In this document: positions 40,001-49,349 of the stretch, in pieces | Layout: each line of letters begins with the position of its first letter | Position numbering within the stretch: position 1 is the stretch's first letter | From: Candidatus Latescibacterota bacterium | Lineage (GTDB): Bacteria > Latescibacterota > UBA2968 | Length of the DNA: 64,000 nt | NCBI GenBank assembly: GCA_965207885.1 | Contig: OZ242311.1 | Coordinates: 5,696,001 to 5,760,000 of the forward strand | Reading direction: 5' to 3' | Made by a program: the position numbers and the translations under genes | Notes under the pieces: generated by a model | Databases searched by the model: none | What the model saw: the letters and a program-made list of their open reading frames with translations, nothing else | Told to the model about the DNA's origin: nothing

Positions 40001-40905
40001 AGGGCACTGATCGCCGCATCATTACCGACATGCTCGGTGGCATACGAAAACTCAATGAACCGGTCTTCCGGTGCAAAGGCGACGACTTCCGCGGGATCAA
40101 AAGCACGGCCCTCATCACTCTGCGCCATCGCCTCGTGATATGGCAACAGGAAACCATCTTCAAATCCTGGTCGGATTGAGTGAACAACCATGCGTTCCCA
40201 GAGAAGGCTTCGGAGTTTGCCACCGGGCGGACCATCGTACACATACTCGGTAAGGTCACCGATCCTCTTCACACGTCCAACGCCGATAAGAACGCGTCGG
40301 CCGGTGTCTTCAACGAGGGGTACCTGCTTTGCATAGATGAAGACCAACGATTCTTCGGTTTGAACATGATTCCAGAAGCAATTGAGCAAGACGCGGTGAT
40401 TGCGATGGTCCTGAAACCAGTTCGTCTTAAATGAGAGTTTCGGCTCCAACTCCAGACTCACTTCGTCCAATGGTAAACGGTCTACTAAGCCAGCGACTCT
40501 CTTCTCCGGTTGTCCAAAAACTTCACCCAGATTCATCCATCGAAACGGGAGTGCTGCTAGCGTATACGGCGGGTGCCGCAAAGGAGTCGGGCGGAAGTGT
40601 CCATGTGTCTGCGGACTGTACGCGACGTACGGATGCTGTTTATCTTGTAAGAAGTCAAAGTCGGCCATGAAAGTGGCCCGTTCATTGACACACGGCGGAA
40701 ACCGGACCTTCTTAGCGATCAAATCTTCTAATGAAAGACCTTTTACTGCCTCCTCGGCTTTCTCATCTTTGGAATCCGAGATGTTCTGCAACTTGAGGCA
40801 GGCCGTGTTGAACTTTGGGTTCTTGCATACGGAGCCATTCCAGCCGTTGTCATGCCAGGGCACACGGACGGAAATGTGGCGAAGTGGATATGAAAAGTCA
40901 TGCAT
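37081..40905 (-). CDS. Large RecD2-like SF1 helicase with extended N-terminal domain and C-terminal PD-(D/E)xK-like nuclease
   Basis: GRAGTGKT, LAPTGKA, VDECSM, VGDNRQLPPIGAG, YALTIHKAQGSEF, LYTALTR; C-terminal VRSKSE..PDFTI..WEHLGML. Confidence 0.85.
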   Translation of the reverse strand: MHDFSYPLRHISVRVPWHDNGWNGSVCKNPKFNTACLKLQNISDSKDEKAEEAVKGLSLEDLIAKKVRFPPCVNERATFMADFDFLQDKQHPYVAYSPQTHGHFRPTPLRHPPYTLAALPFRWMNLGEVFGQPEKRVAGLVDRLPLDEVSLELEPKLSFKTNWFQDHRNHRVLLNCFWNHVQTEESLVFIYAKQVPLVEDTGRRVLIGVGRVKRIGDLTEYVYDGPPGGKLRSLLWERMVVHSIRPGFEDGFLLPYHEAMAQSDEGRAFDPAEVVAFAPEDRFIEFSYATEHVGNDAAISALLEMRGALHRCSNLFGYASDPCEQWIDRELGRLWNKRGPFPGLGAVLSAMGVGMGNFIAQALLDKVGEEANPWPAWFKTLSNPDAALPSELARHIDITIAKAWNRMSDGRRAFLELLSRMDLTQDQATLLVSPEDRADKGIYLTDGDITANPYLVYEATRLSGQPVSIGVVDRGMFPNAKLRNAFPIPEPSLVKTTVDVRRLRALTIRNLEVAAQNGDTLRPRDDVVSDLRQGTKDQEEQKAQITADLLGVAEDEVFENEIRIVKMADDRPAYQLERLGKAGDLIRSTVEKRISAKRHDLNVNWRKVLDTFLKKRQEVLPNDPEERERENAARIEKTEALEELAASRFSVLIGRAGTGKTTLLSVFCAQSEIHRDGVRLLAPTGKARVRMEDIARQAGIKNCRAFTLAQHLSSTGRYDGNIQRYFMKGERGERVAKTVIVDECSMLTEEMMAALIESLIGVDRLIFVGDNRQLPPIGAGRPFVDIVARLKRDDFSADKPHIAPGFAELMIPRRQEGAGERDDLLLASWFGSGETSVGDDQVFDILSGKRESQTVEFISWETPDELETVLPGILSRVLQFDPKLEEWQAFGISLGGREWHKSIYFNHKFGNWEGSGIAAEDWQILSPVRQKPWGVDTLNRFIHTHYKRWQIEQAQRPKGDRKIPKPKGDQQIIYGDKVINNRNWPVPKKRMFPRPDNTGYLANGEIGIVVGHRRTTKRNWTPKNLEIEFSTQRGTSFTFYDSDFKEEGEASLELAYALTIHKAQGSEFNKVLLILPRSPIMVTRELLYTALTRQKDKVVVLLQGTATDLHKFSSERYSATACRLTNLFGPPKPMEFKGHFLEERLIHNTIRGELVRSKSEVIIANLLHEKNIDYDYELQLVIGGIPQDKFPDFTIEDDDRGVKYIWEHLGMLGDYAYKQRWQEKKRWYRENGILPHTHKDGGGANGTLIITRDDPRGGIDSLYIKKLIEEVFNG

Positions 40906-41167
40906 AAATGGTCTCTTCCAATCAAGAATGTGAACAGTTTTAAAAAATTTAAAATAACGTGCCATTCGTGCAACTTAGAGATCGTAAACAATCAAGTCAA
41001 TGATCCACCCTAATCGGCAAGATAGCATATAAAAGTAGGGGACAAAAAAGCAGCAAAAAAAGAAAGGACGTCTCAAGTTATACGACTTCAAGATTCATGC
41101 AAGGGTATTTCTTCTGGTAGGTATAAAACGAGAGTAGCAGTCACAGCGGGCTTCACCTATAAAAAAG

Positions 41168-41210
41168 ACGCCATCAGCTATTTGCCGATGGCGTTCAGAC
41201 TTACCTCCGC
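41168..41210 (-). repeat. Hairpin/terminator element copy 2
   Basis: ACGCCATCAGC-TATTT-GCCGATGGCGT...CTTACCTCCGC, as at 31204-31246. Confidence 0.7.
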
Positions 41211-41279
41211 TGCGCTCCACGAATTAGTATAGCTTCCTCAGATGAAGCATAACATTATAAAATTAAAGGGTTAAAGGGA

Positions 41280-42930
41280 TTAAAGTTGATTGTCGTCGGT
41301 AGACAACAATTTCTTTATTCTTCCCTTTATATTATCAGATACGGATGTCAATTTTTGTTTCGCCTCGTCAGACAACAAAGCAGTATGCATAAGAGCATCT
41401 CGAACAGGCTTGTATTGTTTCGCGTCGGTAGTTAAACCACCGGCAGGACCACCCTGTTGAGGATCAACTAATTTTGCCAGGGGATCCATATCTAAATAAC
41501 TTAAATCATCATTATTTTTTCTTACATCGATACTTAGGTTACCTTTCGTTTTGTTATTATCCTCCCGTTCTCTCAATTGTTTAATTGATTTCTGTTCTCT
41601 ATCAGGCAGTTGAATATTGTTTTCCTCAATATATTTTCTAATTAAATTTTCTGAAATGAAACACTCTGCATAGGAAGTAAGATTGTATTCAGCATCATCT
41701 TGCAAACCGTTGACCCAATCGTCGACTTTTTGTTTATTTTTTGAATCTTTCGGCAAATCGTATTCTTCTGAAATAGCATTAAAAAAACTCTCCTGCTTTT
41801 CTCTTTGAAGCGGGAATATTTTCATTCTCTGGATCCCCATCTTTTCTGTGTTTTCTCCTCAATGGATCCCAATCATTAATAATTTTTAAAATATTTTTTC
41901 GAAAATTTTCCAAAAACTCTTTATACTTCGGATCATCGGCGATAATACCTTCTCGACTGCTGGTAAACCTGTCTTCGTCATCGTCCAAATCGTCAAAATG
42001 AATTTGACCGTAAAAGTAATTTTCCGTGAGTCTTGCAGTTGGAATATGTTTCAAAATATCTCTTTCACGTAATCTACCATTAACAAAAAGATCAACGCTG
42101 GCTCTTTCATCAGTTGTCCATATTTTTAGATCTCTCGGCTTGTCAACGGAAGCTATAAAACCCTTTACACTATCGTCCATTTGAATCGATTCAGTCTCCA
42201 ACAAAAAATTTGTGAGCTTTTCGCTAATATATGGATCCTTAAGATTATTTATGTTCCAAAGAAATTGGGTTTTCTCTGCCAAACTATTGAGATGATCAAG
42301 CGTGATTTTTTCTTCGTTAATAAAAATATTGAAAGAGTTGTCCAAAAGAGAAAACCGAAAATAGAGTGCTATTATTCTCTTCAAAAAATCCTCAGTATTC
42401 CTTATTTCGCCCCTGATATTTTCAAACTGTATTATTGTGCCATGTTCGTGATTGCTCGTATATTTGGAAAATATATTCTCTTCATAATTTCCCAGTGAAT
42501 ATTGCTGAGGAGTTAAATCTTCAGTTATTGCCTCATCAAGCTCTGAATTATCAATAACCCCACCAACATAATCGCCGCTTTTCACCTTTGAAATCACGGC
42601 TATTTTGTCCGCACATGACAGGAGAGCCAGCTTCCCGATACCTTTTCTGCCTATGAATGGTCTGCCTTTTCCGGAAGTAGATTCTCCGCCTCTTCTTTTA
42701 GAATATCCGATTTTCAGAAATTTTGTTTGAAAATCGTCCGCCGTCATTCCAATACCGTCATCTTTGATCACGAAATTGTTATTCTCTCTGTCAATATAAA
42801 TTTTAACATTGACAGCGTCTGCATCCCAAGCGTTCGAAATTGCTTCGCCGAGAACGGTGACAAAACTCCGATATAGATTTCGCCCTAAATGGTTAAGGAC
42901 GCTCAACGATATTTCAAATGTAAATGGCAT
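41280..42930 (-). pseudogene. GHKL (MORC-like) ATPase fused to a Swt1-like HEPN domain, split by a one-base homopolymer frameshift
   Basis: EAISNAWDADA, IKDDGIGM, GRKGIGKL; removing one base from the A7 run at 41781-41787 joins GEFF to NAISEEY...; C-terminus ENLIRKYI, LSYLD, RDALMH. Confidence 0.75.
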
Positions 42931-43996
42931 GTTGCTCCAAGTGATTTATGATACTTTTACCGATTATTGATCCAAGTTCTACTGGTACAGCATTTCCGAT
43001 AAATTTTGCGACATGCTTGACCACAACTGGTTTACTCGGGTCGCTGAATTCATAGTCCTTTGGAAATGTTTGAAAAATAGCCGCTTCACGCAAACTGATG
43101 GCTCTATTTTGCTCAGGGTGTCCGAATCGACCATTTCCCAACCCATTGCATTGTGTCGTCATTGTGGGAGCTGGTGCGTCCCAGCGCATACGTCCATAAA
43201 CGGTGCCTCGGTATGTTTTTCCAGACTCTTTCTTGTGGCAATCTAAGACCAAACTTTCTTCCCAACTGCGGGAATTTCCTCCATCATGTTGTGTTGATTT
43301 TATCCGTTTCAGGTTCTTTGGACTAAGGCTGCTTGCTCTATGGAGAGGATCATTTTTGCTGATTTCTCCTGCCTCAATTGGTTCAAGATCTTCTATGACA
43401 TCACGAACCGTAATTTTTTTGTTTTTATGTGTCTTTTTTATTAACTGAATTTCACCGAAGCGAGACGCTAGCACTATTAGACGCTTTCGGCTCTGAGGAA
43501 TGCCGTATTCCGAGACATCAATGATCTCGTATTTGTTGTTTTTATTAAATTTATAACCATTTTTGATGAGCGTATCCATAAATGTTTTAAAAATGGGATA
43601 CTTTTCTATACTTGCAAGACCGCTGACATTTTCCATAAAAACAATATCTGGCAAAGTTTCTTGAATTAAGTCAGCAAACTTTTCAAGTGGTTCCAATTGC
43701 TTTTCGGCGATTTGTTTTAAGTTTAATTTTGAAAACGGTTGACACGGCGCGCAACCAACCAGCACTCTTACAGTTTCTGCTTTTATCCCAAATAACCGGT
43801 CAATTTCCTGCGCGGAAACCTCAAGAATATCTTTATGTATAAATTTTGCTTCATTGTTGTATTCGTAACCAAATCGACAGGAATTGTCGTTGTCTATCCC
43901 GGCAACTACGTCAAAACCTGCTTTAATAAGGCCATGGGATAAGCCGCCTATGCCACAAAACAAATCAATCACTTTTAATTTTTTGTTTTTATTCAT
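42914..43996 (-). CDS. DNA (cytosine-5)-methyltransferase
   Basis: DLFCGIGG, APCQPFS, ENV, PQSRKR, REAAIFQTFP, IGNAVP. Confidence 0.93.
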   Translation of the reverse strand: MNKNKKLKVIDLFCGIGGLSHGLIKAGFDVVAGIDNDNSCRFGYEYNNEAKFIHKDILEVSAQEIDRLFGIKAETVRVLVGCAPCQPFSKLNLKQIAEKQLEPLEKFADLIQETLPDIVFMENVSGLASIEKYPIFKTFMDTLIKNGYKFNKNNKYEIIDVSEYGIPQSRKRLIVLASRFGEIQLIKKTHKNKKITVRDVIEDLEPIEAGEISKNDPLHRASSLSPKNLKRIKSTQHDGGNSRSWEESLVLDCHKKESGKTYRGTVYGRMRWDAPAPTMTTQCNGLGNGRFGHPEQNRAISLREAAIFQTFPKDYEFSDPSKPVVVKHVAKFIGNAVPVELGSIIGKSIINHLEQHAIYI

Positions 43997-44134
43997 AATA
44001 AAAATAACTCAAAATATGACCTAAAATTTCGGAAGAGGAAACATTTAATCTCCCTTAATAGGGCAAGCAGACAAAAACTTTAAAATTATAGTCATTTTTG
44101 TTCTTTTTGACAAATCCCATTGATAAAGTAAACA

Positions 44135-44175
44135 CCATCAGCCAAATAGCTGATGGCATCATGGCTTACTCTCGC
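44135..44175 (-). repeat. Hairpin/terminator element copy 3 (degenerate)
   Basis: CCATCAGC-CAAATA-GCTGATGG...CTTACTCTCGC. Confidence 0.6.
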
Positions 44176-44190
44176 ATTTCAGCAACTAAT

Positions 44191-44900
44191 TTACTGCGTC
44201 CACTGCAACGCTGTGTTAGCGAGTGTTATGTCACGTATATCCCTTTGTATAGTGGCTGATATTTCTTCTGCACTGCTATTGTTTACGTCAATAATTTGGT
44301 CGCTAAACTGCGAAAAAATGAACGCGGTATATGTGGATTGTTCAAAGTCGAACCGCGTTGGATGAGATAACGTGCTCGTAATTTGAGTATCTCAAGCATT
44401 TTTGATGGCGTATAGCCTTCATCATCCATTTCTGATAGGTACCTATCCCGATTCCACTGTCGTTTATGCAATGCCTGTGCATCACTCAGACTGTATTTGC
44501 TCTTCTCACCGCAAATAATGTACAAATCTTCAAGATTGAGTTTATCCGCAATACGTCTTTCTATGGCAAAATCAGGCGCAATATAACTCTCGACCTTTCC
44601 GATCCAGCCCTCCATATCATCAGGCCCAAGCGTGAGCAGTCCTTGTAGCTCTATCCCTGAAGCGTCGTAAAAGCCAAATACCCATATCCGAGCACGCCAT
44701 TTTGCAATATGATCAGGGCCTACATCTCTTGCAGTTGAAACGGAACCGCGTGTTGTTGATTTGAGTTCTATAGGCGCAGAGAAGTTCTGTCCGTGCGCTA
44801 CAAAATCGAGAAAGGCATCCACCTCAGAACGGCCTTCTCCTTTTCGAAGCCCTATGAGCTGACACATTTCCCTTTCTCGTTGATCGTCTTGAACAGCCAT
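44191..44900 (-). CDS. Putative type II restriction endonuclease; likely frameshifted near the 3' end (stops at 44283 as deposited)
   Basis: VDA...IELKS PD-(D/E)xK-like core; abuts a C5 methyltransferase; one extra base in the A6 run at 44313-44318 extends the frame to 44191. Confidence 0.6.
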
Positions 44901-46025
44901 CTAAACACCCAACGCACTTGACACAGATTTTGCGATTGCGTAACCCACCGGTGGACAAACAGAATTACCAATTTGCCCAAGTATCTGGTAAGCTGCGCCT
45001 TGAAAGACCCAATCTTCTGGAAATCCCTGAAGCAACGCGCAATCCTGAACAGAAAGCCTGATATGACCATTCTCCGGAGGAAAAATCAGGGCTTCCTCTC
45101 TGGATTTTTGCACGCCATTGGGCCAAATCTGGAGTTTTTCCCATACCTTTTGACTCGCCTTACTATTCAAAATACTGGTCGATTTTCTGGGACCCGTAAA
45201 ACCAGAACGAAGAGTAGGCGCAAAGCAATCAAAACCAATATCTTCCAGACCCAAAGCAGCCCTCGTTCCCATCGTATGTCTGCCAGAGTAGAACAAGCTA
45301 TCTTTGGAGAAATGGGTTGGTTCAGGAATTTTGTAACGATTGGCTACCTCAAGAGACCGAAAACCGACAAAAATAACGCGCTTCCTGATTTGTGGAACGC
45401 CGAAATCGGATGCCACAGCTTTGAACTTTGCGATATAGTAATGCGGTGTCAGTGGCGCGAGAATCACGTCGTTTACATACTTTTCGAACTTTGGATCGAG
45501 CAGACCCGGAACATTCTCAACAACGAAAGTCTCGGGCATAAGCGTCAGCACAGCATCAATAAATGCTGGCAACATATCCCTGTCGTCTTTGCCTCCACCC
45601 CGCTTTCCAGCAATCGAAAAAGGCTGACACGGAGGACCTCCGTGAATGAGATCTACTTTACCTTTATAGACTGACCAATCTGCTTTTGTAACATCCCCCT
45701 TTGAACCATAAAAAACATTCCATTGCGGACGGTTTTGTTGTAGTGACGCACCGCAAATATCCAGGATATCAAAACTGGCAACATGCTCAAAACCCGCATA
45801 TTCAAAACTAAGGTCCAAACCGCCACCACCTGAAAAGAGCGAAAGGGATCTCAAGCCGTTTTGACGTTGTTTAGGCATCAACTTCTCTGGTTTTAGAACA
45901 GGCTCATTGATTTTGCCCAGTTCATGTTGCAACTCACCATTGATTGCAGCCTTTTTCCTGAGCCTGGACCGAGTAGAAATCTCTCGATACCACTCCCGTT
46001 TGGCCTTCGATATATTGTATGGCAT
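44901..46025 (-). CDS. DNA (cytosine-5)-methyltransferase
   Basis: SLFSGGGG, GGPPCQPFS, ENVPG, PQIRKR, LQGFP, IGNSV. Confidence 0.93.
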   Translation of the reverse strand: MPYNISKAKREWYREISTRSRLRKKAAINGELQHELGKINEPVLKPEKLMPKQRQNGLRSLSLFSGGGGLDLSFEYAGFEHVASFDILDICGASLQQNRPQWNVFYGSKGDVTKADWSVYKGKVDLIHGGPPCQPFSIAGKRGGGKDDRDMLPAFIDAVLTLMPETFVVENVPGLLDPKFEKYVNDVILAPLTPHYYIAKFKAVASDFGVPQIRKRVIFVGFRSLEVANRYKIPEPTHFSKDSLFYSGRHTMGTRAALGLEDIGFDCFAPTLRSGFTGPRKSTSILNSKASQKVWEKLQIWPNGVQKSREEALIFPPENGHIRLSVQDCALLQGFPEDWVFQGAAYQILGQIGNSVCPPVGYAIAKSVSSALGV

Positions 46026-46137
46026 TGTATTCTCTCTAAATCTTTGTAATAAACGACAACTCTGTACAAATTATAGCTATGCTTATCCGTTTTGCCCACC
46101 CTAAAATAATCGCAACATCATCCAGACTTCACAGAAC

Positions 46138-47247
46138 CTACAACCTATCCACCTGAGTCTCTCCGTGCTTCAGCTCTTCCATAAGCTCATCGTATTGATC
46201 CCGATCAACCGGCATCGCGACCTCCTCTTTTCGCAGAGCCGAAAGCACAATCGCGTTAATCAGCTCCAGTGTTCGCCGCGCCGTCACCCCATCTGTAATC
46301 GCCTCTCCGCCATCCAGAATCGCCGAAACAAAACTCTCCACCAGTGTTGGTCCCCCCTCATCGGACGGCACATCCTCCCATCTAATGTTTGGCTGATGCC
46401 CCTTTGCCCCCTTTATAAACGCCCGCATAGGCGCCTCGTACCGCCCCAGGCGAAACACATCGGGCACCTTTGAATTGGCATTCTTCTCATCCCGAAACTC
46501 AATCGTACCCAGATCCCCTGAAATCTGCCTGTAATTCAACCGCCTATCGCACGTACTCAACTGCACATTCGCATGGGCACCACAGGCAAAACGGATATTG
46601 GCAACAACCGTATCCTCAATCTCCACACTGTGTCCCCAATTGCACATCATCGCAGAAACCGCAACCGGATCACCCACCATCCAGCACAGCAAATCCAGAT
46701 CGTGGCTGGTCTGATTCATCAGCACCCCACCCCCTGCGTGCTCCCAGGTACACCGCCATACATCCCGGTCGTAATACACCTCTGGCCGCGTCTCAATCCA
46801 CATCCACAGCACCCGGTAAATCTCTCCCAATGCCCCCTCATCAATCAGCCGCTTCAGCGCGCGATTGCCGGGAAACGTGCGATAATTGTGCCCCACAGCC
46901 AGCTTCAAATCCCGCGCCTGTGCCGCCTCGATCATCCTATCCGCTTCGGAAACCGTATTCGCAATGGGCTTCTCCACAAAAGTATGCAACCCCGCCTCCA
47001 AACAATCCAACCCCATCGGCGCGTGAAGATGGTGCGGCGTAGCAATCACCACCGCATCCAGATCCTCGGCCTCGATCATCTCCCGGTAATCGCCCCAGGC
47101 GCGCGCACCCCGTTCTTCTCCAACCTGCCGCGCATAATCCAGATCCAAATCCGCCACCGCCACCAACTCTGCCCGATCCAGCCCTGAAATCTCCCGCACA
47201 TGCTGCCCGCCCATACCCTTCAAACCGACCACACCGAACCTGACCAT
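46138..47247 (-). CDS. Gfo/Idh/MocA oxidoreductase
   Basis: GVVGLKGMG, IATPHHLH, VEKP, GGGVLMNQTSHDLD. Confidence 0.92.
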   Translation of the reverse strand: MVRFGVVGLKGMGGQHVREISGLDRAELVAVADLDLDYARQVGEERGARAWGDYREMIEAEDLDAVVIATPHHLHAPMGLDCLEAGLHTFVEKPIANTVSEADRMIEAAQARDLKLAVGHNYRTFPGNRALKRLIDEGALGEIYRVLWMWIETRPEVYYDRDVWRCTWEHAGGGVLMNQTSHDLDLLCWMVGDPVAVSAMMCNWGHSVEIEDTVVANIRFACGAHANVQLSTCDRRLNYRQISGDLGTIEFRDEKNANSKVPDVFRLGRYEAPMRAFIKGAKGHQPNIRWEDVPSDEGGPTLVESFVSAILDGGEAITDGVTARRTLELINAIVLSALRKEEVAMPVDRDQYDELMEELKHGETQVDRL

Positions 47248-47273
47248 AACGCTCTCCTTTTTACTTTCCTATA

Positions 47274-47302
47274 TTGACAAACGACGTATCAATCCATAAT
47301 AT
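47274..47302 (+). promoter_or_regulatory. sigma70-like promoter of the deiodinase-like gene
   Basis: TTGACA-17nt-TAATAT, then RBS GGAGG. Confidence 0.6.
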
Positions 47303-47328
47303 ATTCAAAAAACCCCGGAGGACTTCCC

Positions 47329-47892
47329 ATGTCCAAAACCTTCCAAAATCGCGCCGAAGCCTTTGCCTGGCTCAGCCAAAATGACCCCCGTGCGCCCAAA
47401 GCCGGAGATCCCGCGCCAGACTTTGAACTATCGGACATCAACGGCGAAAATCCCGTGCGCCTCTCGCACCTTTGCAAAGACAAACCCGTTGCACTCATCT
47501 TCGGCAGCTTCACCTGACCGCCCTTTGTCCGCGAGGCAGTTAGCCTCCGCAACCTCTATGCAACATATCACAAACAGATCCACTTTCTCGTAATCTACAT
47601 CCGCGAAGCCCACCCAGAAGACGGCTGGAAACTCAAAGACACGGGCATCTACGACCCAAAAACCCTTGCAGAACGCCGAAAAGTTGCAAAAACATGCGAA
47701 GATGCCATGCAATACGGCATACGCACCTATGTTGACGACATGGACGACGCCGTCATGATCGACTATGTCGCCTGGCCCGAACGCCTCTACCTGATCGGCA
47801 CGGACAACCGCATCGCCTACGCCGGCAAACACGGTCCCTATGGATTCAGCCCCAAAGAACTCAAAGCGGCAATAGATCACATCACCCGTTGA
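47329..47892 (+). CDS. Iodothyronine deiodinase-like selenoprotein (UGA at 47515-47517)
   Basis: Continuous frame: GDPAPDF..KPVALIFGSFT-U-PPF..IYIREAHPEDGW..VDDMDD..AWPERLY; hairpin GAGGC-AGTTA-GCCTC after UGA. Confidence 0.92.
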
Positions 47893-49349
47893 AATTTCTC
47901 AAACGCCTCCTCCCAGGCATCCGCATCCGTCGGGCTATACGTCTTAATCGCGGTAGAAGCGCGCACAACATCCCGGAGTTCATCCAGAGAACCAATCTGC
48001 CCCTTGCCCATCGCCTGCATCAAAAGATTGCCCATTGCAGTCGCCTCAGCCGGACCTGACAGCACCGCGCGCCCCGTCGCAGAAGCGATAAACTGGCACA
48101 AAAGCGTATTGTGTATGCCCCCGCCCACAATGTGAATATCCCCCAGCGTCTTGCCCAATACATCTTCGAGCTGACCCAGAACATAGCGACATTTGAGCGC
48201 CAGGCTCTCCAGCGCCGTGCGAATAATATCCCCTTCACTATCGGGTAGCAATTGACCGGTGCGCTTGCAAAAATCCCGAATGCGAGACGGCATATCCCCT
48301 GGCGTACCAAAATCGGCGTGATCCGGATCGATAAACGACGCGAGCCGATCCGACGCCATCGCCAGCCCCATCAACTCTTCCCACGAATAATCCTTCCCCG
48401 CCAAAGCCCACACGCGGCGGCACTCCTGCACAATCCACAGCCCCGAAATATTCTTCAAAAACCGAATCGTATGATCAACACCGCCTTCATTGGTAAAATT
48501 GTGCGCGAGCGCACGCTTATTAATCGCGGGTGCGGGCAATTCCGCCCCCATCAACGCCCAGGTGCCACAACTGATATAAACCGCATCGGGCGAAAAAAGA
48601 GGCACAGCCGCAACCGCCGACCCCGTATCGTGACAAGCCGGTGCAATCACATCAATCGGTGTAACACCCATCTCATCCGCAATACTCTTGCGCATGGGAC
48701 CGAGCACCGTACCTGGCGACACCACATCCGGAAGCATATCCGTGGGAATATTGAGCGCATTGAGCATTGATTTTGCCCAGGCATTCTCGCGCGGATTGAA
48801 GAACTGCGTAGTAGTTGCATTGGAATACTCACACACCTTCATACCCGTGAACCAGAAATTGAACAAATCGGGCATCGTGAGAAACGTACGCGCAATATCG
48901 AGTTGGGGCGATTGCGACAGACGCTGCGCGAGCAACTGATACAGCGTGTTGAGCTCCATAAACTGAATACCCGTCTGCTCAAAAATCTCCTCGCGAGAAA
49001 CCCGCTCAAACGCGACATCCATCATCCCCTGAGTGCGCGCATCGCGGTAACAAAAGGGATTGCCGAGCAAATTGTCCTGCGCGTCGAGCAAGCCATAATC
49101 GACCCCCCACGTATCACAGCCCATGCCATTGAGCGGTTCCCCAGACCGAACAGCGAGACGCAACCCCGTACACATCTCGTCAAACAGCCGCAGCGCGTCC
49201 CAATAATAATGATTGCCAACAGGTATTCCCTGATTGGGAAACCGGTGAATCTCTTCAATATCGAGACGCGCGCCATCAAAACGTCCCAAAACAGCCCGGC
49301 CGCTGGACGCACCCAAATCATAAGCGAGATAATTGGTCGTCGATGCCAT
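47877..49349 (-). CDS. rhaB: Rhamnulokinase (FGGY family)
   Basis: DLGASSGR, EIHRF.N, DTWGVDYGL, TGIQFMELNTLYQL, HDTGSAV, FTNEGG, EATAMGN. Confidence 0.88.
   Translation of the reverse strand: MASTTNYLAYDLGASSGRAVLGRFDGARLDIEEIHRFPNQGIPVGNHYYWDALRLFDEMCTGLRLAVRSGEPLNGMGCDTWGVDYGLLDAQDNLLGNPFCYRDARTQGMMDVAFERVSREEIFEQTGIQFMELNTLYQLLAQRLSQSPQLDIARTFLTMPDLFNFWFTGMKVCEYSNATTTQFFNPRENAWAKSMLNALNIPTDMLPDVVSPGTVLGPMRKSIADEMGVTPIDVIAPACHDTGSAVAAVPLFSPDAVYISCGTWALMGAELPAPAINKRALAHNFTNEGGVDHTIRFLKNISGLWIVQECRRVWALAGKDYSWEELMGLAMASDRLASFIDPDHADFGTPGDMPSRIRDFCKRTGQLLPDSEGDIIRTALESLALKCRYVLGQLEDVLGKTLGDIHIVGGGIHNTLLCQFIASATGRAVLSGPAEATAMGNLLMQAMGKGQIGSLDELRDVVRASTAIKTYSPTDADAWEEAFEKFQRVM

Noticed and set aside
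33700-46100. Prophage, ICE or IS as carrier of the defence island
   Set aside because: No integrase, transposase, phage or conjugation genes and no clear flanking att repeats
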